64,000 nucleotides of DNA from an uncultured Chloroflexia bacterium. GTDB lineage: Bacteria; Chloroflexota; Limnocylindria; Limnocylindrales; CSP1-4. The stretch's first letter is position 1, and each line of letters starts with the position of its first letter. A model generated the notes under the pieces. That model was not told the origin of the DNA. It made no database searches and was given only the letters and a program-made list of their open reading frames with translations. The stretch covers positions 259,537 to 323,536 of the forward strand of contig CAVUWG010000003.1 of assembly GCA_963745295.1 (NCBI GenBank), read 5' to 3'. Made by a program: the position numbers and the translations under genes. Shown here in pieces: positions 31,404 through 40,698 of the stretch.

Positions 31404-32474
31404 GTGACCGACCGGACCGCGCTCATCCTCGATGTCGACACCGGGATCGACGACAGCCTCGCCCTGCTGTACGTCGCGGCCTCGCCGGACGCCGAGATCG
31501 TGGCCGTCACCTGCGTCTCGGGCAACATCGACGGCGCCCAGGTGGCGATCAACACGCGGGCGGTGCTGGAGCTCGCCGGGCGGACCGACGTGGAGGTCGC
31601 GCTCGGTCGCGAGGTGCCGCTGGTCCGCCAGCTCGAGACGACGCCCGAAACCCACGGGCCGCAGGGCCTGGGCCACGCCGTGCTACCGCCCCCGTCGCGT
31701 CCGTTGAGCGAACGACACGGCGTCGATGTCATCGTCGACGAGGTCCGCCGTCGCCCGGGCGAGATCGTGCTCGTGACCCTCGGCCCGCTCACGAACCTCG
31801 CCCTGGCGCTCGAGGTGGAACCGAACCTGCCGCGACTCCTGAAGGGCTACACGCTCATGGGTGGCGCGTACGGGGTGTCGGGCAACACGACGCCGACGAC
31901 CGAATGGAACATCCACTGCGACCCCGACGCGGCGCGGATCGTGTTCCGGGCATGGGGCGCGGCGACGGCTGCCGACCCGACGATCCCACGCCCGGTCGCG
32001 CTCGGCCTCGACGTGACCGAACGCGCGCGGGTGCTCCCCGACGACGTGGTCCGGCTCGCCCGACGCGCGGGCAGCACCCCGGACGATTCGATCGCGCTGT
32101 CGCACGGCGAGGATCCGATGCTCGCGACCCGCTCCGTGGCGGCCAACCCGATCGTGCGGTACGTCGCGGACGCGCTCCGTTTCTACATGGAGTTCCACGC
32201 GCACTACGACGGCTTCTACGGCGCGTTCATCCACGATCCGCTGGCCGCGGCGGCGGCTCTCGATCGTTCGCTCATCGCGACCGAGGCGCTCTTCGTCGAC
32301 GTCGAGACGGCCGGCGAGCTCACGGCCGGGATGACGGTCGCGGACCGGCGGCGACTCACCGGCAACGCCCCGAACCTCGATGTCGCGGTCGAAGCGGACA
32401 TCCCCGAGTTCCTCGACCGTCTGGTCGATCGCGTCGGGGGGCTGGCGGCGGAGCGGTCCGACGTGGCACGCTAG
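31404..32474 (+). CDS. nucleoside hydrolase (IunH/RihA family)
   Basis: ..LILDVDTGIDDSLALLY gives the N-terminal DxDxxxDD calcium/ribose motif. Also ..LGPLTNLALAL.., ..WNIHCDPDAA.. and ..IHDPLAA. Confidence 0.88.
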   Translation: MTDRTALILDVDTGIDDSLALLYVAASPDAEIVAVTCVSGNIDGAQVAINTRAVLELAGRTDVEVALGREVPLVRQLETTPETHGPQGLGHAVLPPPSRPLSERHGVDVIVDEVRRRPGEIVLVTLGPLTNLALALEVEPNLPRLLKGYTLMGGAYGVSGNTTPTTEWNIHCDPDAARIVFRAWGAATAADPTIPRPVALGLDVTERARVLPDDVVRLARRAGSTPDDSIALSHGEDPMLATRSVAANPIVRYVADALRFYMEFHAHYDGFYGAFIHDPLAAAAALDRSLIATEALFVDVETAGELTAGMTVADRRRLTGNAPNLDVAVEADIPEFLDRLVDRVGGLAAERSDVAR

Positions 32475-32525
32475 CGCCGAGGGACGCCCGGATCCGGGCG
32501 GGAGTGGGTGGGACAGGAGGATCGG

Positions 32526-33743
32526 ATGACATTCGACTGGTTGCAGGTCTGCGCTGACAGCGCGGCCACGAACTGCATTCAGCCGGTCCAGGTCGCCTAT
32601 CTGCTCGCCATCGTCGTCGGGGTCGTGCTGTTCGCGGTCATCGCGCGGCGGTCGCGGGACCTCTCGACGGCCACGCTGACCCTGATGGTCGTGGCGATCG
32701 CGATCAACGTCGCCGTGGGTTCGATCACCTTCGCCCTGCGACTGCCGATCTACCTCGACTCCATCGGCACGGTCCTCGTCGGCGTCCTGGCCGGGCCGTG
32801 GGCGGGTGCGCTGACCGGGCTGCTGTCGAATCTCATCTGGTCGATCCTGCCGATCCCGGGTGGCGCGGGACCGAACACCGCGTTCTTCGCGCCCGTCGCG
32901 GCCGTGATCGGCCTCATGGCCGGGTTCTGGGGCGCCCAGGGCGTCTTCCGACTGCGGCCGGACGATGCGCGCGTCGGCGGGTTCCTGGCGATCGCGACGG
33001 GCATCGCGGCCGCCATGGTCGGACTCGTCGTCGTCCAGGCGACCATCGGGATCCCGTCGCTCGCGTTCGATGACCCCAATGCCCTCGACAACCAGATGCG
33101 GTTCGTCCTCATCTCGCTGGCGCTCGTCGCGGTCGGCGTGGTGGTGGGCTGGGTCAGCCGGCAGACGATCTATCGCCTGGAGGATCGGCCCGAATCGGCG
33201 CGCCAGTACCTGACGGTCGCGGCCGCCGTCTCGGCGGGGGCGCTGCTCTTCGCGCTGTTCCGGCTCCTGTTCGGCTCGACCGGGTACTTCTCGACGATGG
33301 ATGGCCTGAACGATGACGGGACGCCTGACGGATTCCCGAACCTGACGAGTCTGGCGCTCACCGATCCACTCGGCTTCATCGTCGGCATCCTCATCGGCGT
33401 CGGCATCGCCATGCTGATCTACCGATGGGCATCGTCGGGCGACAACGCCCGCCTCTTCCCGGTCTGGGTCGGCGGCCTGACGACCGGCATCGTGGCCGCG
33501 GCGATCTCCGCCCCGATCGCTGCCGGCGTGTTCGGTGGCGTGACCGGCGGCGGCACCGACGCCCTGGTCGCGCTCTTCCGGACCCTCGGGCTCAACGTGT
33601 TCCAATCCGCGTTCGCGCAGGGCCTGACCAGCGACCCGCTCGACAAGACCATCAGCTACACGGTCGTGTTCATCATCCTCGGCGCCCTCCCGGTCACCGT
33701 CCGGACGATGTACAGCCGCGGCGAGGCGACGGTCGCCGATTGA
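32526..33743 (+). CDS. ECF-transporter S-component-like membrane protein, unusually long (405 aa)
   Basis: ATG 32526 follows AGGAGGA. The N-terminal (..LMVVAIAINVAVGSITFALRLPIYLDSIGTVLVGVLAGPWAGALTGLLSNLIW..) and C-terminal (..TDALVALFRTLGLNVFQSAFAQGL..) parts look like an ECF S unit. Extra TM segments sit between them. It lies directly upstream of ecfT and the ATPase. Confidence 0.6.
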   Translation: MTFDWLQVCADSAATNCIQPVQVAYLLAIVVGVVLFAVIARRSRDLSTATLTLMVVAIAINVAVGSITFALRLPIYLDSIGTVLVGVLAGPWAGALTGLLSNLIWSILPIPGGAGPNTAFFAPVAAVIGLMAGFWGAQGVFRLRPDDARVGGFLAIATGIAAAMVGLVVVQATIGIPSLAFDDPNALDNQMRFVLISLALVAVGVVVGWVSRQTIYRLEDRPESARQYLTVAAAVSAGALLFALFRLLFGSTGYFSTMDGLNDDGTPDGFPNLTSLALTDPLGFIVGILIGVGIAMLIYRWASSGDNARLFPVWVGGLTTGIVAAAISAPIAAGVFGGVTGGGTDALVALFRTLGLNVFQSAFAQGLTSDPLDKTISYTVVFIILGALPVTVRTMYSRGEATVAD

Positions 33744-33770
33744 TCGTCGTCACGGGCTGACGGACGGAGG

Positions 33771-34545
33771 ATGTCGACCGCCACCGGCTATTTCGTCGCG
33801 GGCTCGAGCTGGCTGCATCGGCGTCACCCGCTGACCAAGCTCCTCGGTGTCGCGCTCGTCCTGCTCGCGGCGTTCCTGCTGCCGCCGGTCGTCCTGCCGG
33901 CGATGGCGGTCGGCCTGGTCGTCATCGCGTGGTCGGCCGGGCTCCTGGGACCCATCGTCCGCGCGATGCGCATCCCGGCGCTCCTGCTCACATCGATCCT
34001 CGTCGTCAACGCCCTGTTCTTCCCGGGCGCGACGGACCGACTCCTGACGCTCGGCCCGCTCTCCGTCACCCGCGAGGGCCTGACGTTCGGGCTCGTGTCG
34101 GCCGGGCGGGTCCTCGTGGCATTCCTCGCGACGGTGACCTTCCTCTTCACGACGCTCGCCGATGACCTCCTCGAGGCGCTCGTGAGCCGTGGGGTCGGCC
34201 ACCGGATCGCCTTCGTCATCCTGTCGGCCGTCCAGACCGTTCCCCGGATGCAGGCGCGGGCCGCCTCGATCCTCCAGGCCCAGCAGGCGCGCGGCCTCCC
34301 GGTCACAGGATCGTTCCGCCAGCGGGTCCGCGCCCTCGTGCCGCTCGTCGGCCCGGTGATCCTCGGGTCGCTCGTCGACGTCCGCGAGCGGACCTTCGCG
34401 CTGGAGGCCCGCGGGTTCGGCGCGCGGCCGGGGCGCACCGCGTATCGCGTGGTGCCTGACCCGCCGTTCGATCGCGTGGCTCGTTGGGTCCTCGCGCTCG
34501 CCTGCATCGGCGTCGTCGTCGTCGCCGTGACGGGGTCTGGCGGTG
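33771..34545 (+). CDS. ECF transporter transmembrane (T) component, EcfT/CbiQ family; 3' end unresolved
   Basis: ..SWLHRRHPLTKLL..., ..ALVSRGVG.., ..AQQARG.. and ..RERTFALEARGF are EcfT signatures. The frame has no stop until 34997, 450 nt into the ATPase gene. The end is therefore set provisionally at the ATPase start; a terminal indel is suspected. Confidence 0.7.
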
Positions 34546-36276
34546 ACCACCGAAACCACGGCGGAGGCGCCCCAGGCTCCGCTGCAGATCGCGGACCTGG
34601 AGATCCGGTACCCGGGCAAGCGCGAGCCGAGCCTTCGGGGCATCAGCCTCGCCGTCTCGGCCGGGGAGCGGGTCGTCGTGGCGGGCCGGACCGGGGCCGG
34701 CAAGTCGACGCTGGCGCTGGCCGGTGCGGGCTTCATCCCGAGGGTCGTCCGCGCCACCGTCGGCGGCACCGTGACGATCGCGGGGGTGGACGCGAAGGAT
34801 GCGGACGGGAGCCGTTTGCTCGGACGCGTCGGGATCGTCTTCGCGACGCCGGCCAACCAGCTCTCCTCGTCGAAGCTGACCGTGCGGGAGGAGCTCGCCT
34901 TCGGGCTGGAGAACCTGGCGGTCCCGCGGGTCGAGATGGACGCCCGGATCGACGAGGTCCTCGAGCGCCTGTCGATCGGCGACCTCGCCGAACGTGAGCC
35001 ATTCTCCCTGTCGGGCGGCGAGCAACAGCGCGTGGCCATCGCCAGCATGATCGCGATGGGCACGGACATCCTCGTCCTCGACGAGCCGACCGCCCAGCTC
35101 GATCCGGCCGGGACCACGTCCGTGGCCGACCTCATCGACGGCCTGGCCCGATCCGGGACCGCGATCCTCTGCGCAGAACATGCCCCGACACTGCTGGGTC
35201 GGGCGGACCGCTGCCTGGTCCTCGACGAGGGCCGACCCGTGGCGCTCGATCGGCCGGGTGCGGCCCTGTCGGCGGCGGGACGTGACGTCGGTCTGCGGCC
35301 GCCGACGCTCGTGCGGCTGGCGAACGTGGCTGGCGTGGCACCCGGTCACGAGTTCGACGAGGCCGCCATCGCGGCCGGTCTCGCCGCGACGCGACCCATC
35401 CCCGCCCCGGCCGACGATCGGGCGACGACCACGGTCTGGAGCCCCGGCTCGGAGCGGCCACCCGTTCGCGTCGACGTGGAGGACCTGGTCCACCGATATC
35501 CCAACGGCATCGAGGCCGTTCGTGGCGTCTCGCTCTCGATCGAGCCGGGCGAGGCCGTGGTCATCCTCGGCCAGAACGGCTCGGGCAAGACGACCCTGGT
35601 CAAGCACGTCAACGGCCTCCTTCGGCCTGATTCCGGGCGAGTCCTCATCGACGGCGAGGCGACCGAGGGCGTGCCCGTCGACCGGCTCGCGGCGACCATC
35701 GGCTTCGTCTTCCAGAACCCCGACGAGCAGCTCTTCGAACGATCGGTCGAGCGTGAGGTCGCCTTCGGCCCGAAGAACCTGCGCCGGTCGCCGGACGAGA
35801 TCGCCGGTCTTGTCGCGCGGAGCCTCGACGCGGTCGGGCTGACCGAGGTGCGCGCGGTGAACCCCTACGACCTGGACCTGTCGCGGCGGAAGCTCGTCGC
35901 GCTCGCCGGCGTGCTCGCGATGGACCCGGCCGTCCTCGTGCTCGACGAACCGACCACCGGGCAGGACGCCGCCGGCATCGAACGCGTCGGCGCGGTGGTC
36001 CGGGCCTATCGCGAGGCGGGCCGCTCGGTGGTCGCGATCACCCACGACATGGAGTTCGCCGCGGCGAACTTCAGCCGGGTCGTCGTGATGCGCCTCGGCG
36101 AGATCGTCGCCGATGGGCCGCCCGAGGCCATCTTCGCGGCCGACCATCGCGACCTGCTCGCGAGGACCGGCCTGCTGCCACCGCCGGCCGCCCGGATCGC
36201 CGCGGCCATGGGCCTCTCGATCGTGCCCGCGGACGCCGAGGCGCTGCTGGCCGCGCTCCGTGGCCGCACGTCCTGA
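34543..36276 (+). CDS. ECF transporter ATPase, fused duplicated ABC domains (EcfA-EcfA')
   Basis: Two complete ABC cassettes. First: GRTGAGKSTL..LSGGEQQRVAIA..LVLDEPT. Second: GQNGSGKTTL..LSRRKLVALAG..LVLDEPTTGQD. Confidence 0.9.
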   Translation: MTTETTAEAPQAPLQIADLEIRYPGKREPSLRGISLAVSAGERVVVAGRTGAGKSTLALAGAGFIPRVVRATVGGTVTIAGVDAKDADGSRLLGRVGIVFATPANQLSSSKLTVREELAFGLENLAVPRVEMDARIDEVLERLSIGDLAEREPFSLSGGEQQRVAIASMIAMGTDILVLDEPTAQLDPAGTTSVADLIDGLARSGTAILCAEHAPTLLGRADRCLVLDEGRPVALDRPGAALSAAGRDVGLRPPTLVRLANVAGVAPGHEFDEAAIAAGLAATRPIPAPADDRATTTVWSPGSERPPVRVDVEDLVHRYPNGIEAVRGVSLSIEPGEAVVILGQNGSGKTTLVKHVNGLLRPDSGRVLIDGEATEGVPVDRLAATIGFVFQNPDEQLFERSVEREVAFGPKNLRRSPDEIAGLVARSLDAVGLTEVRAVNPYDLDLSRRKLVALAGVLAMDPAVLVLDEPTTGQDAAGIERVGAVVRAYREAGRSVVAITHDMEFAAANFSRVVVMRLGEIVADGPPEAIFAADHRDLLARTGLLPPPAARIAAAMGLSIVPADAEALLAALRGRTS

Positions 36277-36378
36277 CCGATCGTGCTGCCCGGGTCCTCG
36301 GGACCGGGACTATCGGGTCCGGACAGCACCCGACCGAACCAGAGTCGTGGGGCGGGATCTGGACTATCTTCTCGTCGC

Positions 36379-37944
36379 ATGTCGGGGAAACGTCGGGGCA
36401 ACGCCCCTAGCTCAAGCCGCCTGGCGACGCTGCTGACCGCGCTGGTCGTCGCGTCGATCGTGGCCGGCTGCTCGCTCGTCGAGCAGAAGCCCTCCGGCTC
36501 AGCCGGCCCGGGCCCGAGCGGCGACGCGCCGAGCCCGTCGGTCGGGGCAGGGTCGTCCCCCGGCACCGTCCAGACCATCGCGCCCGCCCACTGGACGAAC
36601 TGCGCCACCAAGTTCCAGTGCGCAACGCTCCGGCTCCCCAAGGACTATCACGACCCGGCTGCCGGCACGCTCGACGTGAAGATCATCCGGCTGCCGGCAT
36701 CTGACCGGGGCAAGCGGATCGGCTCGATCATCATCAACCCGGGTGGGCCGGGCGGTTCGGGCATCGAAATGGTCCAGGACAGCGGCGCCCAGTTCCCGAA
36801 GACCCTGCGCGAGCGCTTCGATCTCGTGGGCTTCGACCCACGGGGCGTGAACCAGAGCAGTCCGGTCCGATGCATCGACGACCTCGACGGCCTGGCCGCG
36901 CTCGATCCATCCCCCGACGACAAGAAGGAGCTCGACCGCTCCGTCCAACAGGCGAAGGACTACGCCGACGCGTGCGCCAAGCGCAACGCATCGATCCTGC
37001 CGTATCTCTCGACCGATGCGGTCGTGGACGATCTTGACCAGATCCGCCAGGCGGTCGGCGACGAGAAGATCACGTACCTCGGGTTCTCGTACGGCACGCT
37101 CATCGGGTCGATGTATGCGGATCGCTATCCGGATCGCATCCGGGCGATGGTCCTCGATGGCGCGATCGACCCGAGCCTCTCGGAGGTCCAGCTCCGGACC
37201 GGCCAGGCGAAGGCCTTCGAGGCGGCTCTCGGCCGATTCCTCGCGCGCTGCTCCCGCCGAACGAGCTGTGCCTTCCATGAGGGCGGCAACTCCGCCAAGG
37301 CGTTCGACGCGCTGATGGCCAAGATCGACAAGAAGTCGCTGCCGACGCCGCGCGTGGCGGACCGGCGACGCGTCGGACCCGGGCTGGCGTTCTCGGCCGT
37401 CCTGGGTTCGATGTACAGCAAGGCGTCCTGGCCGGGCCTCGAGGCGGGCCTGGCGCTTGCCAAGCGCGGCGACGGCTCCATCCTGATCCTGCTGGCCGAC
37501 CCCTTCCGCGGGCGCAAGGCGAACGGCACCTACTCGAACATGAGCGACGCGTACTACTCGAACACCTGCCTGGACTTCCCGTCATCGACCGACGTCTCCA
37601 CCTATACGAAGCTGGCCGCCACCCTTCGGAAGGTCGCCCCGCGGTTCCGCGCCGTGGCGTTCAACGACCTGCCGTGTGCGTTCTGGTCGGTGCCGTCGCA
37701 GCGGACCCCGGCGCCGGCCTCGGGTGCCGGCGCGCCGCCGATCGTGGTCGTCGGATCGACCGGCGACACCGCGACTCCCTATGGCTGGGCGAAGGCCCTC
37801 GCGAAGCAGCTCGAGTCGGCGGTCCTCGTGACCCGCAAGGGCGAGGGCCACACGTCTTTCCTCGTCAACAATTGCGTCAAGAAGGCGCTGAACGCCTACC
37901 TGCTCGACCTGAAGGTCCCGAAGGACGGGCTCGTCTGCGGCTGA
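36379..37944 (+). CDS. secreted alpha/beta hydrolase, tripeptidyl aminopeptidase (Tap/S33) type, lipoprotein
   Basis: MSGKRRGNAPSSSRLATLLTALVVASIVAGC has a lipobox. ..NPGGPGGSG.. and the nucleophile elbow ..LGFSYGT.. are present, with C-terminal ..GEGHTSF.. Start at the internal ATG 36379. Confidence 0.8.
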   Translation: MSGKRRGNAPSSSRLATLLTALVVASIVAGCSLVEQKPSGSAGPGPSGDAPSPSVGAGSSPGTVQTIAPAHWTNCATKFQCATLRLPKDYHDPAAGTLDVKIIRLPASDRGKRIGSIIINPGGPGGSGIEMVQDSGAQFPKTLRERFDLVGFDPRGVNQSSPVRCIDDLDGLAALDPSPDDKKELDRSVQQAKDYADACAKRNASILPYLSTDAVVDDLDQIRQAVGDEKITYLGFSYGTLIGSMYADRYPDRIRAMVLDGAIDPSLSEVQLRTGQAKAFEAALGRFLARCSRRTSCAFHEGGNSAKAFDALMAKIDKKSLPTPRVADRRRVGPGLAFSAVLGSMYSKASWPGLEAGLALAKRGDGSILILLADPFRGRKANGTYSNMSDAYYSNTCLDFPSSTDVSTYTKLAATLRKVAPRFRAVAFNDLPCAFWSVPSQRTPAPASGAGAPPIVVVGSTGDTATPYGWAKALAKQLESAVLVTRKGEGHTSFLVNNCVKKALNAYLLDLKVPKDGLVCG

Positions 37945-37998
37945 CGCCCGACGCGACGCCAAGCCACTGACTCCGGGCCTCCACGGACCGGCGAGCGC

Positions 37999-38649
37999 TC
38001 AGAGCGCGTGCACCACCGCTTCCAGGCGTTCCGTGAAGTGGCGCGGGTCCTCATCGGGCAAGGCGCGCAGCACCGGTCCGAAACGGACCTCGACCACCGA
38101 GCGGTGCGGTCGCCTGGCCCCCGGTGGCAGGACCGCGCCGATCCCCACGATGCGCACCGGCAGGACCGGCCGCCCGGTCCGGACCGCGAGCAGGCCGGCT
38201 CCGGGCCGGAACGGACCGATCTCCCCGGTCCGGCTCCGCGTGCCCTCGGGAAAGATGAGCACGCTCCAGCCATCCTTGAGCAGCGCCTCCGCTTCCGCGA
38301 ACGACTGGGCACCGCCCCGGCCGCTCCGGTTGAACGGGAACGCGCCCAGCCACGCCGCGAACAGCCAGCGTCGCCGGCTGACCGCGAAGTAGTCGGCCGC
38401 GACGGCCGGAGCCAGCCGCCGCCGGTGGCGTGGGCCGAGAGCCAACCGGAGGGCCGAGAAGTCGAAGTGGCTGGCGTGCGTCGGGCAGATGATGATCGGC
38501 TCGGTGAGCCCCTCGAGGTGCTCGCGGCCGACCGCCTTCGGTCCGTGGATGAGCCAGCTCAGGACGGGCCCGACGACGCGCGCTGTGACCTCGCGCGCGA
38601 CGATGGCGGGGCGCCTGAACTGCCAGCTGTCATGCGGGCGTTGGCCCAT
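37999..38649 (-). CDS. plsC: 1-acyl-sn-glycerol-3-phosphate acyltransferase family protein
   Basis: ..IIICPTHASHFDF gives the HxxxxD motif, plus ..IFPEGTRS.. Start ATG 38649 overlaps the cdsA stop (ATGA). Confidence 0.85.
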   Translation of the reverse strand: MGQRPHDSWQFRRPAIVAREVTARVVGPVLSWLIHGPKAVGREHLEGLTEPIIICPTHASHFDFSALRLALGPRHRRRLAPAVAADYFAVSRRRWLFAAWLGAFPFNRSGRGGAQSFAEAEALLKDGWSVLIFPEGTRSRTGEIGPFRPGAGLLAVRTGRPVLPVRIVGIGAVLPPGARRPHRSVVEVRFGPVLRALPDEDPRHFTERLEAVVHAL

Positions 38650-39608
38650 CAGCCGACGTCCAGCAGCCGTGCGGCCCAGTACGCGAGGGCGACCGTGACC
38701 AGAAGCGAGTCGATCCGATCGAGGATCCCGCCGAAGCCGGGCAGCCAACTCCCGGCGTCCTTGACGCCGGCTTCGCGCTTCACGGCCGACTCCAGGAGGT
38801 CGCCCCACACGGCGCCTGCGGCGACGATCGCGACGAGCAGGACGACGAACGGCCCGCCGAACGACGGCACCAGGGCGGGTGCGAACAGCGCGATGCCCAG
38901 GAGGGCGCCGAGGCCGTTGCCGATCAGGCCCGCCCTCGTCTTGCTCGGCGAGAGACGCGGCGCCAGCGGCGTGTGGCCGAAGCGCCGCCCGACCAGGAAC
39001 GCGCCGACGTCCGATGTCGCACAGGCGACCGCGAGCGCGACGAACAGGATGGTCCCGGACACGCCGCGCTCGACGGTCAGCAGGAGGCCGTGGGTGAGCA
39101 GGACCGACACGATGATGATGCCGACAGCGGCCACCCCGAGATCGCGGACGGCCCGCCCGGTGTCCGCGCGGACGACGGGCCAGGCGATCCCGACGAGCAC
39201 CAGGCCGCCCACGAGCCGATCGGCAGCCTGCGCCCCGGCGGCGACCACGGCCACGACGATCACGACATGCGCCACGAGCACGCTGACCCGGTGGTGGATC
39301 GGGAGGTCGAACAGGCGACCCCACTCGATCAGGCCGAGGACGCCAAGCACGCCGATCAGGATCGCCATGCCGGGCACGCCAGCGTGGGCGACCACGAGCA
39401 GCCCGATCGAGAGGACCGTGTAGCTCGCCCAGCGCTCCAGGATCACGCGAGGGCGAGGCGGGCCCGGGACCGCCCGGCGGGTGCCGGCATAGAGCAGGGC
39501 ACCGACCAGGCCGATCGCCGGCAGGACGATCAGGACGACGGACGCGGCCTCGAGCGGCGACAGGGCCGGCACAGGGTCAGGCCAGGCGCCTGACGGCGAC
39601 GACGACAC
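38649..39608 (-). CDS. cdsA: phosphatidate cytidylyltransferase
   Basis: ..SDVGAFLVGRRFGHTPLAPRLSPSKTRAGLIGN...ESAVKREAGVKDAGSWLPGFGGILDRIDSLL is the CdsA signature. Alternative start GTG 39572, just after the upstream stop. Confidence 0.85.
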   Translation of the reverse strand: MSSSPSGAWPDPVPALSPLEAASVVLIVLPAIGLVGALLYAGTRRAVPGPPRPRVILERWASYTVLSIGLLVVAHAGVPGMAILIGVLGVLGLIEWGRLFDLPIHHRVSVLVAHVVIVVAVVAAGAQAADRLVGGLVLVGIAWPVVRADTGRAVRDLGVAAVGIIIVSVLLTHGLLLTVERGVSGTILFVALAVACATSDVGAFLVGRRFGHTPLAPRLSPSKTRAGLIGNGLGALLGIALFAPALVPSFGGPFVVLLVAIVAAGAVWGDLLESAVKREAGVKDAGSWLPGFGGILDRIDSLLVTVALAYWAARLLDVG

Positions 39609-40221
39609 GCTCGAGACAGGTCAGCCACGTACCGATCAACAGGAGCACACCGAACACGGTCCAGACGACCGGACCGCCCGGGAGCGCAGCCACCGCGCAC
39701 ACGGACAGCAGGACCATGCGTCCTGGCTTGGAGAGCACGCCCCGGTAGATCCGTTCGCCACCGGCGGCCCGGGCCACGATCCCGACGAAGCTCGCGAGGA
39801 TGGCCCCGATGACACCGAGCAGGACCACGACCGGCGAGGCACCGGGCAGGAAGGCGACCGGCACCAGGAACGCGATGTCGCAGATCCGGTCCCCCACCTC
39901 GTTGTAGAGCTCGCCACGGGGATGCGTGCGACCACTCCGCCGCGCGACGGCGCCGTCGAGCAGGTTCAGGATCAGCCGGAGCGCGGCCAGGAACGGGACC
40001 GCGATCAGGAGGGCGGGGACCGCGGTCGACGCGAGCAGGCATGCCCCGGCGAGGACGGCGACAGGGATGGCGGCGAGCGTCAGGCGATCGGGTGAGATGT
40101 TCGCCGCGACCAACCGATCGACCAACGGGACGAGCCGAGCCAGCGTCGCGGCCTTCGTCGCGTACAGGTCCATCGGGCTGCCCACCATCTCTGGGCTCCG
40201 TTCGGGGCCCGCGGCAGGCAT
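39577..40221 (-). CDS. CDP-alcohol phosphatidyltransferase family protein
   Basis: ..LLDGAVARRSGRTHPRGELYNEVGDRICD matches D(x)2DG(x)2AR(x)8G(x)3D(x)3D. Multi-TM. The head-group alcohol cannot be determined from sequence. Confidence 0.85.
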   Translation of the reverse strand: MPAAGPERSPEMVGSPMDLYATKAATLARLVPLVDRLVAANISPDRLTLAAIPVAVLAGACLLASTAVPALLIAVPFLAALRLILNLLDGAVARRSGRTHPRGELYNEVGDRICDIAFLVPVAFLPGASPVVVLLGVIGAILASFVGIVARAAGGERIYRGVLSKPGRMVLLSVCAVAALPGGPVVWTVFGVLLLIGTWLTCLERVVVAVRRLA

Positions 40222-40242
40222 GGTACTCGCGTCGCCTCGGCG

Positions 40243-40698
40243 TCAGGCGAGCGGCACCTCGTGAACGGCGCCCTCGACGATGCGCCACGCCCGCAGGCTC
40301 AGCGCGCCCGTCTCCGGGTCCGCCAGGTCGTCACTGAGCGAGATCAGCACGTACAGCGCATCGGGGTAGAACGCGAGCCCGATGTCGGTCGGCGAGGGCA
40401 CGGCCGGCGAGTGGGTGTGGGAATGGACGATCCCCCAGAACACCTCGTCGGCGTCGTCGGTCGCGATCGTCAGGCGATACAGGTCGTCGGGGTCGATCTC
40501 GTAGCGCAGCGGCGAGGCGGCCTTGTTGCGCGTGGGCTCGTACCGCATTGCCGCGCCACCGCCCGCGGCATACGCGTCGCCGATGATCAGGCCGGCCGCC
40601 TCGTTCGGATACTCGGCCCGGGCGTGGGCGGCGATCTCGTCGCGGATGGCGCCCGGGATCGCGGCCGAGACCGGGCCCGGGTGGGCCTCGCTCACCAC
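40243..40698 (-). CDS. mec: JAMM/MPN+ metalloprotease (Mec-type CysO-cysteine peptidase)
   Basis: ..EAAGLIIG.. and ..HSHTHSPAVPSPTD form the JAMM motif ExnHxHx7Sx2D. Lies immediately after cysM. The start overlaps the cysM stop (GTGA at 40692-40695, or GTG 40698). Confidence 0.85.
   Translation of the reverse strand: MVSEAHPGPVSAAIPGAIRDEIAAHARAEYPNEAAGLIIGDAYAAGGGAAMRYEPTRNKAASPLRYEIDPDDLYRLTIATDDADEVFWGIVHSHTHSPAVPSPTDIGLAFYPDALYVLISLSDDLADPETGALSLRAWRIVEGAVHEVPLA

Noticed and set aside
37999-40221. The phospholipid operon (CDP-alcohol transferase, cdsA, plsC) as something unusual because it follows mec directly
   Set aside because: All three are ordinary housekeeping families with intact motifs. 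The adjacency to the cysteine operon is probably just dense packing. Nothing in the sequence indicates a novel head group.
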